From Candidatus Rifleibacterium sp. (GTDB lineage: Bacteria > Muiribacteriota > Ozemobacteria > Ozemobacterales > Ozemobacteraceae), in assembly GCA_035352635.1 (NCBI GenBank), contig DAOPYA010000009.1:1745-65744 (forward strand): a stretch of 64,000 bases of DNA, written 5' to 3'. The translations under genes and the position numbers were made by a program. The stretch's first letter is position 1. Each line of letters starts with the position of its first letter. Positions 45,077 to 54,747 of the stretch are shown here, in pieces. The notes below the pieces were generated by a model. The model had not been told where the DNA came from. It searched no databases and saw nothing but the letters and a program-made list of their open reading frames with translations.

Positions 45077-45801
45077 TCTGTCTGGGAAATGCTGGCCGGC
45101 CTCGCGCCGATGGCTTTTCTAACCTGTTTCAGGCTTTTCAGTTCGCGAAGTGGGTCTGCGGCAAACTGCTGCCGGTTAAAAACTTTCTGTTGCCAGCCCC
45201 CGTTTTCGAGGGCATACCTTACGCAGACCAGGTTGGCAAAGCTTTCAGAAACCAGGGCGAGATTCTGCCATGCAAAATTGGCCGCCCGGGCGATATGTGC
45301 CGCCAGCAAGGGCGCGAATGGGTAAAGGCAGGCGGCAACCAGCGCGTTTTCGTGATCGGCAAGGTTGATGCCCGGTGGGGCAAGCCTGACGGCGTGCTTG
45401 AGTTCGGTCAGGGCAGCCATGGCGTTCTCGCGGTGCCTGACGTGGTCGCCGGCCCGGTAGGCGGCTTCGAGCCATGGGGCGGCCGCGAAAGCACTTACCG
45501 GGCGGTTCAGTTGCTGATATAGCCTGGCGAGCCATTTAAATGCGGGTTCGAGTTCTTGCTGGCGTGGCAGGCCGCTCTGACTGAGGCAGGCGATTCGGCA
45601 GGCATCAGTGCCATATTCGCGTTGCAGGTCTTCGGTGAAAGGCATCTCACAGGCAAATGGCGAGATAAAGCCGGGCGTCTGTTCCTGCCATAACTGCGCG
45701 AACCTGTTTCTGATATCGTTATCGAGTGAAGAACAAGATAACAAAACAGGCCATTGCCTGGCCTGTTTCTCGATGCTGTGTGGGTTATACCGCGCGGTCA
45801 A
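45049..45801 (-). CDS. LeuRS-derived protein lacking the catalytic core (N-terminal peptide fused to C-terminal anticodon-binding-type region)
   Basis: MTARYNPHSIEKQARQW resembles a LeuRS N-terminus. EYGTDACRIACLSQSG...FKWLARLYQQL and CLYPFAPLLAAHI resemble the post-KMSKS and anticodon-binding regions. There is no HIGH or KMSKS motif and no editing domain. Confidence 0.55.
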   Translation of the reverse strand: MTARYNPHSIEKQARQWPVLLSCSSLDNDIRNRFAQLWQEQTPGFISPFACEMPFTEDLQREYGTDACRIACLSQSGLPRQQELEPAFKWLARLYQQLNRPVSAFAAAPWLEAAYRAGDHVRHRENAMAALTELKHAVRLAPPGINLADHENALVAACLYPFAPLLAAHIARAANFAWQNLALVSESFANLVCVRYALENGGWQQKVFNRQQFAADPLRELKSLKQVRKAIGARPASISQTEWGLKICFL

Positions 45802-46493
45802 CGGGTGAGCAGACCCCAGAGCTGCCTGGTTTTTTCGTTTTCGATGCCGGCATCGGTTGTGGCAAAAAAGAGCAGCTCACGCGCCTGATTGATGATAGCT
45901 GGTTCCTGGAGCGCTTTGCCGCAGGCAATCAGAAATCTGATTTCGAAAACAAAGAAATCCTGGTCGGTTTCTGAGGCTTTCTTTTCGACTTCAAGAAGGT
46001 CTTTCATCGCTTTTTCATAGTCGCCGGCCTGGTAAAGTTGCAGTAACTTGACTATTTCGCCGGCGGTGCTGATATTCTGGTTGTTTTCCTGGCGGCGGGC
46101 GGCGTCAGACAGCAACTTAACCGCCTCTTCGGCCTTTTTAACCCAGACCGTGTCTGCCTTAAGCTCAAAAAAGTTTTCGTGAGCTATCGACAGGCAGAGA
46201 CCGATGATGACTTCATTGACTTCGTCAGGGGTATAAAAGGTGCCCGAGGCAACCTTGCGATAAAAATCAATGCTTGGCGAAAAGGTTTCGCGGGCCGCCG
46301 CAAAATTTTTGTAGGCTTCTTCAAGATTACCTTTGTTGAAGTCAAGAAAGCCAGTGGCCATCAACTGCGTCTGCTTTTTCTGCTGGCGATTGCCGTGAAA
46401 AATAAACCCCCCGGCGGCAACAAGGCCGACCAGAATCAGCAAAATCAGTATCAGGGCTATGTAGCCGCGTGGGCGACTATTCAAGATCTTCAT
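45798..46493 (-). CDS. Membrane-anchored hypothetical protein (TPR-like helices)
   Basis: I prefer ATG 46493 (MKILNSRPRGYIALILILLILVGLVAAGGFIF). The ORF-track start at 46655 would overlap the upstream gene by 179 nt. Confidence 0.45.
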   Translation of the reverse strand: MKILNSRPRGYIALILILLILVGLVAAGGFIFHGNRQQKKQTQLMATGFLDFNKGNLEEAYKNFAAARETFSPSIDFYRKVASGTFYTPDEVNEVIIGLCLSIAHENFFELKADTVWVKKAEEAVKLLSDAARRQENNQNISTAGEIVKLLQLYQAGDYEKAMKDLLEVEKKASETDQDFFVFEIRFLIACGKALQEPAIINQARELLFFATTDAGIENEKTRQLWGLLTR

Positions 46494-47475
46494 CGGGGCT
46501 GTCACCATCGGGTTCATCCTGCGGGATTGGCAAATTGGGAACGGTATTCGTTTCGTGGCGCATTTCACGGGCCTGATTGACAAACCAGAGAATAATGCCC
46601 TGGGCGCTTTGACTGCCGTAAATAATCTGTTCAAGAAATTTGTTGCTGTGCTCAATATCGCCCATCAGACGATTGGCACCGGCCAGAATATACATAATTT
46701 CGAATACCCGCGACTGCGGAATGTTTTCTTTGGGTATTCTGCTGCCATCAGGCATAAAGGCATCGTCAACACCGCTGGCAGCATTGGTGATGGTCAGAAA
46801 ACTGATTGCCTCTTTGAGATACGCCTGTTCAAAATCGCGGTAATGCTTTTGCAGCGCCGGATCAGGGGTACTTTCCGCGGCATCGCGGGCTGTCCAGGCA
46901 CCATTGAGGTAAGTATAGCCCAACAGGCGATGATTGGCCTTGCGGGCCTTGCAACAGATGGCTGCCAGTTCCCACGAACGAATGGCGGCTTCGAGATCGC
47001 CATCTCTTTGCAGTTCGTTAAAAGGCTTGCCCTTGGCCAGCAGGCTGCCGGCGACTCTTTCGAGCAGCGGCTTGATCTGCCTGAGAATGGCAATATTGGT
47101 CGGAGTCAGTTCACGCAGCTTCTCAGCTTCGAGGTCTTTCCAGATCTGCTGCCCGGAAGATGCGGCTTTAACCCGGTTGGCGGCTTCCCATTGGGATTTG
47201 TGGTTGTCAAGAAAAGCCTTGCGTCGAGCGTCTTCCTGGTTCATCAGCGGGCAGAAAAATTTATCTTCGGCGGCATAAAGGCAGTGGGGGCAGACGCAGA
47301 CATTAAAATAACGTGGGTTGATAGTGCCGAGGTAGACCGGGCGATAATCTATATCGCGTTTGTCTAGACTGAACTGTTTCTTTTTTAGCAGGTAACGTTT
47401 GAATTCTTTGTTGCAAACAGGGCAGGTTATGTCTTTCGCCACAAAAAGTTTATCGTTCAGAGCCATAAATTCCAC
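46477..47475 (-). CDS. DUF2225-family zinc-ribbon/TPR-like protein
   Basis: CPVCNKEFKRYLLKKKQFSLDKRDIDYRPVY...NPRYFNVCVCPHCLYAA is the DUF2225 signature. Confidence 0.7.
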   Translation of the reverse strand: MEFMALNDKLFVAKDITCPVCNKEFKRYLLKKKQFSLDKRDIDYRPVYLGTINPRYFNVCVCPHCLYAAEDKFFCPLMNQEDARRKAFLDNHKSQWEAANRVKAASSGQQIWKDLEAEKLRELTPTNIAILRQIKPLLERVAGSLLAKGKPFNELQRDGDLEAAIRSWELAAICCKARKANHRLLGYTYLNGAWTARDAAESTPDPALQKHYRDFEQAYLKEAISFLTITNAASGVDDAFMPDGSRIPKENIPQSRVFEIMYILAGANRLMGDIEHSNKFLEQIIYGSQSAQGIILWFVNQAREMRHETNTVPNLPIPQDEPDGDSPDEDLE

Positions 47476-47528
47476 CGTCGTTTCTTGGGTAGGTTTAACT
47501 GATAAATTGTTATTACCATAACTTAAAA

Positions 47529-48257
47529 CTAGAGAATTCGCAACAGTTTATGCACTTGAGGTATCCATCTGACCTCAAAAAAGTGGGGCCGGAAAAGCTG
47601 AATCCAGCTGGTAATTGTTCCTGTGTCCCAGTCGCTGATGTGTGCTGGAAAAAGCGCGCATGGCTGCAAAACCAGAGTGAACTTCCCTGGCTCGAGTTCC
47701 CCGATCATTTTGAGCAGCCTGGCGGGGGCGTCGTCAACATCAATGGCCAGCCGGAAATAAGTGCTGCAAGGGTCTGCGTGCCCGATTATTTTTGCCAGCG
47801 CCCGACTGCTGCGCAGCTGACTCAGGCCTGAACCACAGGTGAGATCGATGCACCAGCGGTTAACCAGCGGGGCCAGGCGCAGGTATTCTTTAACCGGCGT
47901 GCCAGCGGTCTGCATGAACGTGGCAATATTGTGGTTTCGCAATATCTGCAGCATGTCTGCCAGAAAATCAGGCTGGTGCAGAGGGTCGTCACCGATAAAA
48001 GCCACGCTGAAAAACTCTTCGAGCGGGTAGGTATCGGCAAGTAATTGAAAGAGTCGCGAAGGTGATACCGGGTTGCGGGCATAGTGGTTTCTCGCGCCCG
48101 GCAGGGTTCTCAGCACAAAAGTATCATCATCAGCTGATTGCCCGGGTGCTGCAAGCCTGACAAAAAGCTGCATGGTGCCGACCAGCAACCCTTCACCCTG
48201 AATTGAAGCGAAAACTTCGCTGATGTTACCTCTTGGTGTTTTCAATGTCTTTTCCAA
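47529..48257 (-). CDS. QueE-like (7-carboxy-7-deazaguanine synthase fold) protein lacking the radical-SAM cysteine triad
   Basis: NISEVFASIQGEGLLVGTMQLFVRLA and the C-terminal VRWIPQVHKLL match QueE ends. The expected CxxxCxxC position reads AAPGQSADDD. Confidence 0.6.
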   Translation of the reverse strand: MEKTLKTPRGNISEVFASIQGEGLLVGTMQLFVRLAAPGQSADDDTFVLRTLPGARNHYARNPVSPSRLFQLLADTYPLEEFFSVAFIGDDPLHQPDFLADMLQILRNHNIATFMQTAGTPVKEYLRLAPLVNRWCIDLTCGSGLSQLRSSRALAKIIGHADPCSTYFRLAIDVDDAPARLLKMIGELEPGKFTLVLQPCALFPAHISDWDTGTITSWIQLFRPHFFEVRWIPQVHKLLRIL

Positions 48258-50259
48258 GCATTACAAAAAGATTCTGTTCGTTGATAATCGGAACCCTGTG
48301 CTGCGTGGCTTTGCTCTTTTTGGTCGAAACATAGTCTTCGCCTTCAAGTGAGCCGATGAGCAGATAATCAGTTTTTGCTGAAACCGACGATTTGACCTGG
48401 CCGCCGTGCGCCTTGATCAATTCTTCAAGTTCGCGGCGCGGCACCACTGCTTCACCGGTGACGACAAAAGACTTGCCGTTCAGCTGACTGCCAGCTCTCT
48501 GACTGGCGATTTCTGCGGCAGAAGGGCCATGCCACCAGACTTTGAGCGCCGCAATGAACTGGTGGTTACGAGGGTTCTCAAGATAATCTCTGATACTCTG
48601 CGCTACCCGTTCCTTGATGCCTTCAATTTTGACCAGCGTGGCAATATCAGCACCAAGAAAGGCCTCAAGAGACTGATTGCAATGCTCGGCAATTTTTTCA
48701 CTGACCACGATGCCAACGTTGTTGATGCCAAGAGCAGAAATCAGCCTGAAAAGAGGCTTTCCGGCGGCCGCCGCGATGCTGGCCGTAATTTTAACTGCCG
48801 ACTTTTCACCCATTCTTTCAATACCGGCCAGAGAAGCAGCCTGCATCGAAAGAACATCTTCGATTTCTTTGATCATGCCGGCTTCGAGCAGGCGATCAAC
48901 CAGTTGCGGCCCGAAATTCTCGATTTCCATCTGGGTGATAAAATGAATGACGCGTCTGGCTATCACCCCCCGACAGTCGGGGTTCTCACAGCGCACCGTA
49001 GTGGCGGTTTCGGCGTCAGCGCTTTTAAAAATAGTTATTTTTTGCCGGCAAACCGGGCATTCTGACGGCGGCTCAATCATTTTTTCATCGCCGGTGCGCT
49101 TTTCAGGCAGTGATTCAACGATATATGGAATAATATAACCGGCCTTCTCGACGACTACCTGATCACCGATGCGAATGTCTTTTTCGGTTATCTGGTCAAG
49201 GTTATGCAGCGAAGCCCGCGCTACGGTCGTGCCACCGAGTTCAACCGGTTCAAGGCAGGCAACCGGCGTCAGTTGCGATCTGCCGATCTGCCATTCCACA
49301 GAGAGCAACCGCGAAATAGCCCGTTCCTGGGGGTATTTGTAAGCAATAACCCAGCGGGGCGCCTTGGCCGTGTTGCCGAGTTCCTGCTGCTGGGCCAGGC
49401 TGTCGATCTTGATTACCACTCCATCGATATCAAAAGAAAATTCGTGGCGGCGGTGGGCGATACTCTCGATAAACCCCGCAATTTCTGCAGGACTGTTGCA
49501 GACCTGCCAGGCCTGATTGAGCTTAAAACCCTGCTCTTCAAGAAAAGCCAGCACCTCTGAATGCCTTTTAAAGCCAAGCTCGTGGGCCTGCGCGATGCCG
49601 TAGACCATGACCTGCAGGCCGCGCCCGGCCGCAACTGAGGGGTCAAGTGATTTTATGGTTCCGGAGGTCAGATTGCGGCAATTCTTGAACGGCTCCTCAC
49701 CGGCTTCAATTCTTGCCTGATTCAGCTTCTCGAGAACCGGGCGAGGCGTGTAAATCTCACCTCTGACGTCCATGTCAAAGTGACTCGCTACAGTCAGCGG
49801 CAATGAACGAATGGTTTTGACATTGCCGGTAACCAGGTCGCCTTCAAGGCCGCTTCCACGAGTGGCACCCATTTTAAAAAAACCGTTCTGATAATTAAAG
49901 GTTCCTGAGACACCATCGATTTTAAGCTCGGCAACCACCGGAAACGGGCTTTGCCCGAGCAGTTTCTCACAGCGCAGCAACCAGTCGTTGATGTCGCCGG
50001 CCGAGTATGAATTTTCGATACTCATCATCGGAACACGATGCTTAACCGAAGAAAACGAAGTGACAGACTCGCCGACCCGCTGAGTAGGCGAGTCTGGCGT
50101 GATCAGTTCCGGGTTGGCTTCTTCGAGCGCCTTCAGTTGCTCAAGCAGTCGGTCAAATTCGCCGTCAGATATTTCAGGGTCGGCCTCGACATAATACAGA
50201 TGCTCGTGCCGCCTGATTTGGGTTCTAAGTTTTTCGATCTGGTTCTTGAGATCGCTCAT
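48226..50259 (-). CDS. ligA: NAD-dependent DNA ligase
   Basis: 677 aa. N-terminal LRTQIRRHEHLYYVEADPEISDGEFDRL. Adenylation motif ELKIDG. It also has a Zn finger (CPVC...C..C), HhH repeats and a BRCT-type C-terminus. Confidence 0.95.
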   Translation of the reverse strand: MSDLKNQIEKLRTQIRRHEHLYYVEADPEISDGEFDRLLEQLKALEEANPELITPDSPTQRVGESVTSFSSVKHRVPMMSIENSYSAGDINDWLLRCEKLLGQSPFPVVAELKIDGVSGTFNYQNGFFKMGATRGSGLEGDLVTGNVKTIRSLPLTVASHFDMDVRGEIYTPRPVLEKLNQARIEAGEEPFKNCRNLTSGTIKSLDPSVAAGRGLQVMVYGIAQAHELGFKRHSEVLAFLEEQGFKLNQAWQVCNSPAEIAGFIESIAHRRHEFSFDIDGVVIKIDSLAQQQELGNTAKAPRWVIAYKYPQERAISRLLSVEWQIGRSQLTPVACLEPVELGGTTVARASLHNLDQITEKDIRIGDQVVVEKAGYIIPYIVESLPEKRTGDEKMIEPPSECPVCRQKITIFKSADAETATTVRCENPDCRGVIARRVIHFITQMEIENFGPQLVDRLLEAGMIKEIEDVLSMQAASLAGIERMGEKSAVKITASIAAAAGKPLFRLISALGINNVGIVVSEKIAEHCNQSLEAFLGADIATLVKIEGIKERVAQSIRDYLENPRNHQFIAALKVWWHGPSAAEIASQRAGSQLNGKSFVVTGEAVVPRRELEELIKAHGGQVKSSVSAKTDYLLIGSLEGEDYVSTKKSKATQHRVPIINEQNLFVMLGKDIENTKR

Positions 50260-50260
50260 G

Positions 50261-51409
50261 TCAGTCTACCATCGCTGTATTGATGAATTGTAATCCCTTG
50301 TCGGTGCCAATCCAGAGGATATCGCCGCTGGCGGCCAGTTTGCGTATTCGGGGTGAGAATTCACCCGAACTGGCGGTAATCAAATTAATCCGCTCATTCT
50401 TGATGCGGGCCAGACCCTCATCGGTGCCGGTCCAGATTGCTTCGCGGTGCGCGATAATCGTGTTGACGCGATTGTCGGGCAAGCCGTGAATCCGTGAAAA
50501 ACTGACCATATTCGGCATAAAATTGTTAAAAAAGCTTTCAGCAGGCGTCGAAAGCATCAGCACCCCACGGGCGCTGCTCAGCCACAGATGCTTGCCATCA
50601 AAGGCCATGTCGGTGATTGGCCGCGAAATGACTGATCTGGCATGATCGACATTTTTCCACAGCTCGGGATTTGAAGCGGGAAAATTGATGTTCCAGATAC
50701 TCAAACCACGATCATGAGCGGCGACGAACCAGGTCGAAAACCGGGCGATGTGCTGGCACCAGTTATTGCGCAGACCACCGTTGGTGTTGTGTTCGTTAAT
50801 TGTCTGAAACTGATTGCCAGGCTTCATAAAGGCAGTGCCATTCTGGGTGCCTGCCCAGAGGGTTGCGCCATCCCACTTCAGGCTCCAGATGACTTGAGAG
50901 GGCAGAGAATCTGATTGATCAGCCCTGACGAACCTTCCTGATTCGTTCTGGCGGCAAAGACCGGCGAAGGTGCCAACCCAGACGGTTTTGCCGTCAAAAG
51001 CGAGACTGCCGGCCTGAGCATAAGGAAAGCTGCCTTCATTGATCGAGTAATGCTGAACCTGGTCTTCGATTATCGAGCTGACGCCACCTTCGTGGGCAAC
51101 CCAGACCCGGCCTTTCGGGTCGATGAGAATATCATTCACTGCCGGTGTTCGAAAAATGCGGCTGAACGGCACTGCAAGATTGCCGGTATTCTCTTTGCTG
51201 TCTGATATCAGTTTGGTGGCTTCACTGATGCCCGTAGCCGGTTCAGCCTGCTCGGGTATCTGCCCGGCATTGTCGCCGCCATCTGGTGCCGCCTGCTCTT
51301 CATGGAGGCCCGATTCCTGAATTGCCAGAAAGATGACCGCGATCAGCAGAACAACAGCCCAGAACAGCCAGGCGAAACTGCGTGATTTCTTGCCCGGAAC
51401 GCTGGTCAA
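50261..51409 (-). CDS. Membrane-anchored beta-propeller protein (Reg_prop-type repeats)
   Basis: It has an N-terminal TM segment. The repeated W-x-G-T-x-x-G-L signature appears as TVWVGTFAGL, TLWAGTQNGT, AIWTGTDEGL and ILWIGTDKGL. Confidence 0.65.
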   Translation of the reverse strand: MTSVPGKKSRSFAWLFWAVVLLIAVIFLAIQESGLHEEQAAPDGGDNAGQIPEQAEPATGISEATKLISDSKENTGNLAVPFSRIFRTPAVNDILIDPKGRVWVAHEGGVSSIIEDQVQHYSINEGSFPYAQAGSLAFDGKTVWVGTFAGLCRQNESGRFVRADQSDSLPSQVIWSLKWDGATLWAGTQNGTAFMKPGNQFQTINEHNTNGGLRNNWCQHIARFSTWFVAAHDRGLSIWNINFPASNPELWKNVDHARSVISRPITDMAFDGKHLWLSSARGVLMLSTPAESFFNNFMPNMVSFSRIHGLPDNRVNTIIAHREAIWTGTDEGLARIKNERINLITASSGEFSPRIRKLAASGDILWIGTDKGLQFINTAMVD

Positions 51410-52581
51410 AACAGTTCCTCCATCGTAACCGGAATTTTCTGTCGATCTTTAATTATTGCTATTTCAGCTGGTCTTACCTGGTTGCCATCATCGTCAAAGC
51501 CGCCAGAACCGGCGACGCTTTCCCAGCCATGCAGGGCGGCGAGGGCGTTACGCACGGTCACACGGTCAGTATCGCCTGATTTAAGAGCCAGAGCAAGCAA
51601 CATCATGGCTTCATAACCCATGGCCGCGTCGGCATCGGCCGGCTGATCGAAGATTTCGGCGTATTCGCTGAGGAAATAATCGGCCCTTTGCCCGCCAGCC
51701 CGGGGGTTGAAGGGCAGGGTAGTGACTATGGCTTCAGAGTAGACACCGGCAAGGTTCATAAATTCACTGGCGGCCAGCTGGTTGCCACCGAAAATTGGCT
51801 GCGAAAAGCGGGCTTCCCTGAATTGACGTAGAATCATGGCCGAATCGTCGGCAGGGGCAAGTATGGTCAGAGAATCAGGGTTGGCGGCCATAATGGTTTC
51901 GATCTGCCTGCGAAAATTCAAGGTGCCGCGTCGAAACGATATGGCGGCGCACACCTGCTGGCCAAGCCTGCTGCAAATTTCGATGAATTTCTGGGCGCTG
52001 TCAGGGCTGTATAGCTCAAGATCGTAGATAAGGGCCGGTTTTCGGCTGTTGAAGCGCTTAACAGCATATTCTGCCAGGGCCTCAAACTGCCGGCGATCAT
52101 CGGTGACGCTGCGAAAGGTGAAGCGACTGCCGCTGGTGGTAACCTCAAAGTGCGTGCAGATAGCCGTTATGAAGGGTATTTGAGCTTTTTCAGCCATTTC
52201 TTGAATTATTCGCGTGTTTGCCGGGCTGAAACCACCAATCAATGCTGTTACTGAAAGATCGTAAATCAGGTCACGCGTAACTTCTGCGGTTTGCTCGGCC
52301 TGACCCCTGGTGTCACGCAACTCCAGGCTGATCTGGTGACCGTTGATGCCGCCGAGTTCATTTATATGCCTTGCCGCCAGAGTTAAACCGTTCAAATGGT
52401 TCTGGGCGCGTTGCGAATAGGCGCCGCTGACTGGCAGTATCACGCCGATTTTCAGGCTTGCTGAATCAAAATCGATAGAAAAGAGAACAATCGCCAGCAG
52501 CACCGGAACCGCAAGAATCTGGTAGATGTCAAAGCGCTTGAAAAAGCTTGCTGCTCTGGTTATAAAGGCAGGCATTTTCAT
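51406..52581 (-). CDS. LivJ-type periplasmic solute-binding protein (ABC transporter substrate-binding family)
   Basis: 391 aa. LKIGVILPVSGAYSQRAQNHLNGLTLAARHINELGGINGHQISLELRDT is typical of the Leu/Ile/Val-binding fold. It overlaps both neighbours by 4 nt. Confidence 0.75.
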   Translation of the reverse strand: MKMPAFITRAASFFKRFDIYQILAVPVLLAIVLFSIDFDSASLKIGVILPVSGAYSQRAQNHLNGLTLAARHINELGGINGHQISLELRDTRGQAEQTAEVTRDLIYDLSVTALIGGFSPANTRIIQEMAEKAQIPFITAICTHFEVTTSGSRFTFRSVTDDRRQFEALAEYAVKRFNSRKPALIYDLELYSPDSAQKFIEICSRLGQQVCAAISFRRGTLNFRRQIETIMAANPDSLTILAPADDSAMILRQFREARFSQPIFGGNQLAASEFMNLAGVYSEAIVTTLPFNPRAGGQRADYFLSEYAEIFDQPADADAAMGYEAMMLLALALKSGDTDRVTVRNALAALHGWESVAGSGGFDDDGNQVRPAEIAIIKDRQKIPVTMEELF

Positions 52582-52943
52582 GCGAAACTGTTTCTGATGA
52601 AGGTCATGACCAGAAGAAACAGACCCATATAGATAGCCATGGCAAAGAAATAGAGCATGGCAAAAAAGAAAAACGGCATTTCTTTAATGACCTTATTGAA
52701 AAACTCGTTCTCAACCTCTTTAAAAATCGGGTTCTTCGTCGAAAACCGGTCAAAAACAAAAACCAGCAGCGCACCCAGGCCAAAAAAGCCGAGGGCGCTG
52801 CCGAAGCCAAAGGCAAACACCGGGGTGTAGATATTCTGCGGTGAGGTCGAATAAAGAAGGTAGGCAATGCCCATACTGAACGCCAGCAGGCCGCAAAAGA
52901 CCACCGATGCCCAGAATATCCATGCCCAGACGAATTCTTTCAT
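52578..52943 (-). CDS. Small integral membrane protein, unknown function
   Basis: 121 aa with about 4 hydrophobic segments. It is translationally coupled to the downstream gene. Confidence 0.5.
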   Translation of the reverse strand: MKEFVWAWIFWASVVFCGLLAFSMGIAYLLYSTSPQNIYTPVFAFGFGSALGFFGLGALLVFVFDRFSTKNPIFKEVENEFFNKVIKEMPFFFFAMLYFFAMAIYMGLFLLVMTFIRNSFA

Positions 52944-52951
52944 AGAAGGGT

Positions 52952-53338
52952 TTATGCCTTGACTTTTTTCCAGGTGCCGAGATTCGCGTCTGTCGGGTAC
53001 TTCTTGCGGTTTTTCTGCATCTTCGCCCGCATCGAAGAAGCAATGTCGATCTTCAGAACATTGGCCAGGCTGATCAGATAAGCCATGACATCAGAGAGCT
53101 CTTCAGAAATCTCATGCAACTTCTCTGCGTCGATAGCTTCGTCACCCGGCGGCGCCCATTGAAAATGCTCAAGCAGCTCGGCGGCCTCAAGGGTCACCGA
53201 AACTGCCAGATTGCGCGGGGTGTGGTAGGGTTCCCATTTTCGTTCTGAGACGAAATCATTAACCAGTTCTTTCAGATCGTTGACACTGGTTGTGGCATCT
53301 GAACGGTCTATCATCGATTCATGCTGCGGCTTGTGCAT
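52952..53338 (-). CDS. MazG-like nucleotide pyrophosphohydrolase
   Basis: Start taken at ATG 53338, just after the upstream stop. FVSERKWEPYHTPRNLAVSVTLEAAELLEHFQW...ISEELSDVMAYL is the MazG-type motif. Confidence 0.75.
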   Translation of the reverse strand: MHKPQHESMIDRSDATTSVNDLKELVNDFVSERKWEPYHTPRNLAVSVTLEAAELLEHFQWAPPGDEAIDAEKLHEISEELSDVMAYLISLANVLKIDIASSMRAKMQKNRKKYPTDANLGTWKKVKA

Positions 53339-53349
53339 TGGTTTTGCGC

Positions 53350-54675
53350 TCAGCGGGTTCCTTCCGGGGTGATGCCATAGACATACATGGCGGCAGCATT
53401 CATTCTGAGAATGTTGCGGCAAAGGTTTTCGTTGACGATGGCCATCGTGTCGGTGACCTGATGATAATTCGGGTTGCTGTCGAATTCTGATTGAATAGTC
53501 AGCACGGCCGGAATCTTCTGGGTCAGAAAGGGCGCGTGGTCTGAGCCATGCGGGCTGTAACTGGTAGTGATGCTGAAATTGGCGTAGTTTTTCGCCAACT
53601 CGGTGAGCTTGCCTACCAGCGGCTTGTATTGCGAACTCGTTTCAATCATCACCGAAAGCGGTGCTACTGCATCAAAAGCTATCATGTCAAGGTTAAAAAC
53701 CGCCCGGATTGCTGATTTCTCTTCGGTGCTCAGGCTCTTAACGTAAGCCTTTGAGCCATACAGGCCCTGCTCTTCGCCCATGAATAAAACGAATCTGATA
53801 GTAGCAGCGGGCTTGACACCAGTGTCTTTAATCAGTCTGGCCATGGAAATGGCACCCGCGGCACCACTGCCGTTATCGTCAGCGCCCGGCGCGTTGTTGC
53901 TCGGCTGACGCGAAGTGCTGTCGAGGTGGCCGCACATGATGACCTGGCCGTATCTGGCTTCGTCGCTGCCTTTGATCTCGGCAATCAGATTGTTGGCCAT
54001 ACTGCCGCCCAAATTGAACTGGGCCTGCCAAACCTTGCAGCCGAGGTCTTCTAGAATCTTCTGGCAGTAGTTGACCGACTGCTGGGCCGGTTCAACATAG
54101 GTATATCTGGTCTTAAAATTGACCAGACCGTTAAGATCGTTCATAAAAGCCGGCATATCAAGCTTGTCGATGAAGTCGGCAATTGCATCGTTGGTCTTAA
54201 AAGTCGATTTGTCGCCCATTTCGGGGGTGGTCAGCACTACCTGGTTTTCGGGCAGAAGGTCGACCCGCGTAAAATCAGAAGACTTGGCCATGATATTCAT
54301 GCCTGCCGTCTCGCCGGCAAGCAGAACGATAAAGCCATGACCCTTGAAAACTACCCTGGCACCCGGAAAAGTCGCCGATAAAATGGCCGGGTCTTTGGTG
54401 GTTACCATATAAAGCTTTTCGCCGGGCCGCACCGGAGTTGAAGTGCCCTGCGGCGCTTTGCTGGCTGCATCGTTAAAAATTTCACCGCCCCGGATAATGA
54501 TGGTTTCGCCAAGCTGCGTGTATTTCTCGGTGCCGGAACCCGACTTTTTTATCAGGGCATAGCCCTCGGCAGTTGGCAGAGTCTGAACCCAGTCGGCAGC
54601 AAAAGCCGCACTGCAACCCATGAATGCCATCGCCATACCAAACTTTGCAAAGCCGGATCTTGCGAAAAATTTCAT
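53350..54675 (-). CDS. M28-family aminopeptidase
   Basis: It has a signal peptide. The M28 zinc-site motifs are VIMCGHLDS...APGADDNGSGAAGAISMARL...FVLFMGEEQGLYGSKAY. Confidence 0.8.
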   Translation of the reverse strand: MKFFARSGFAKFGMAMAFMGCSAAFAADWVQTLPTAEGYALIKKSGSGTEKYTQLGETIIIRGGEIFNDAASKAPQGTSTPVRPGEKLYMVTTKDPAILSATFPGARVVFKGHGFIVLLAGETAGMNIMAKSSDFTRVDLLPENQVVLTTPEMGDKSTFKTNDAIADFIDKLDMPAFMNDLNGLVNFKTRYTYVEPAQQSVNYCQKILEDLGCKVWQAQFNLGGSMANNLIAEIKGSDEARYGQVIMCGHLDSTSRQPSNNAPGADDNGSGAAGAISMARLIKDTGVKPAATIRFVLFMGEEQGLYGSKAYVKSLSTEEKSAIRAVFNLDMIAFDAVAPLSVMIETSSQYKPLVGKLTELAKNYANFSITTSYSPHGSDHAPFLTQKIPAVLTIQSEFDSNPNYHQVTDTMAIVNENLCRNILRMNAAAMYVYGITPEGTR

Positions 54676-54747
54676 CTCAATACTCCTTGCCTGTTTACGC
54701 AGATACTTCTTTAATGATAACTTATTAAATAGAGAATCTCAAAAGTT

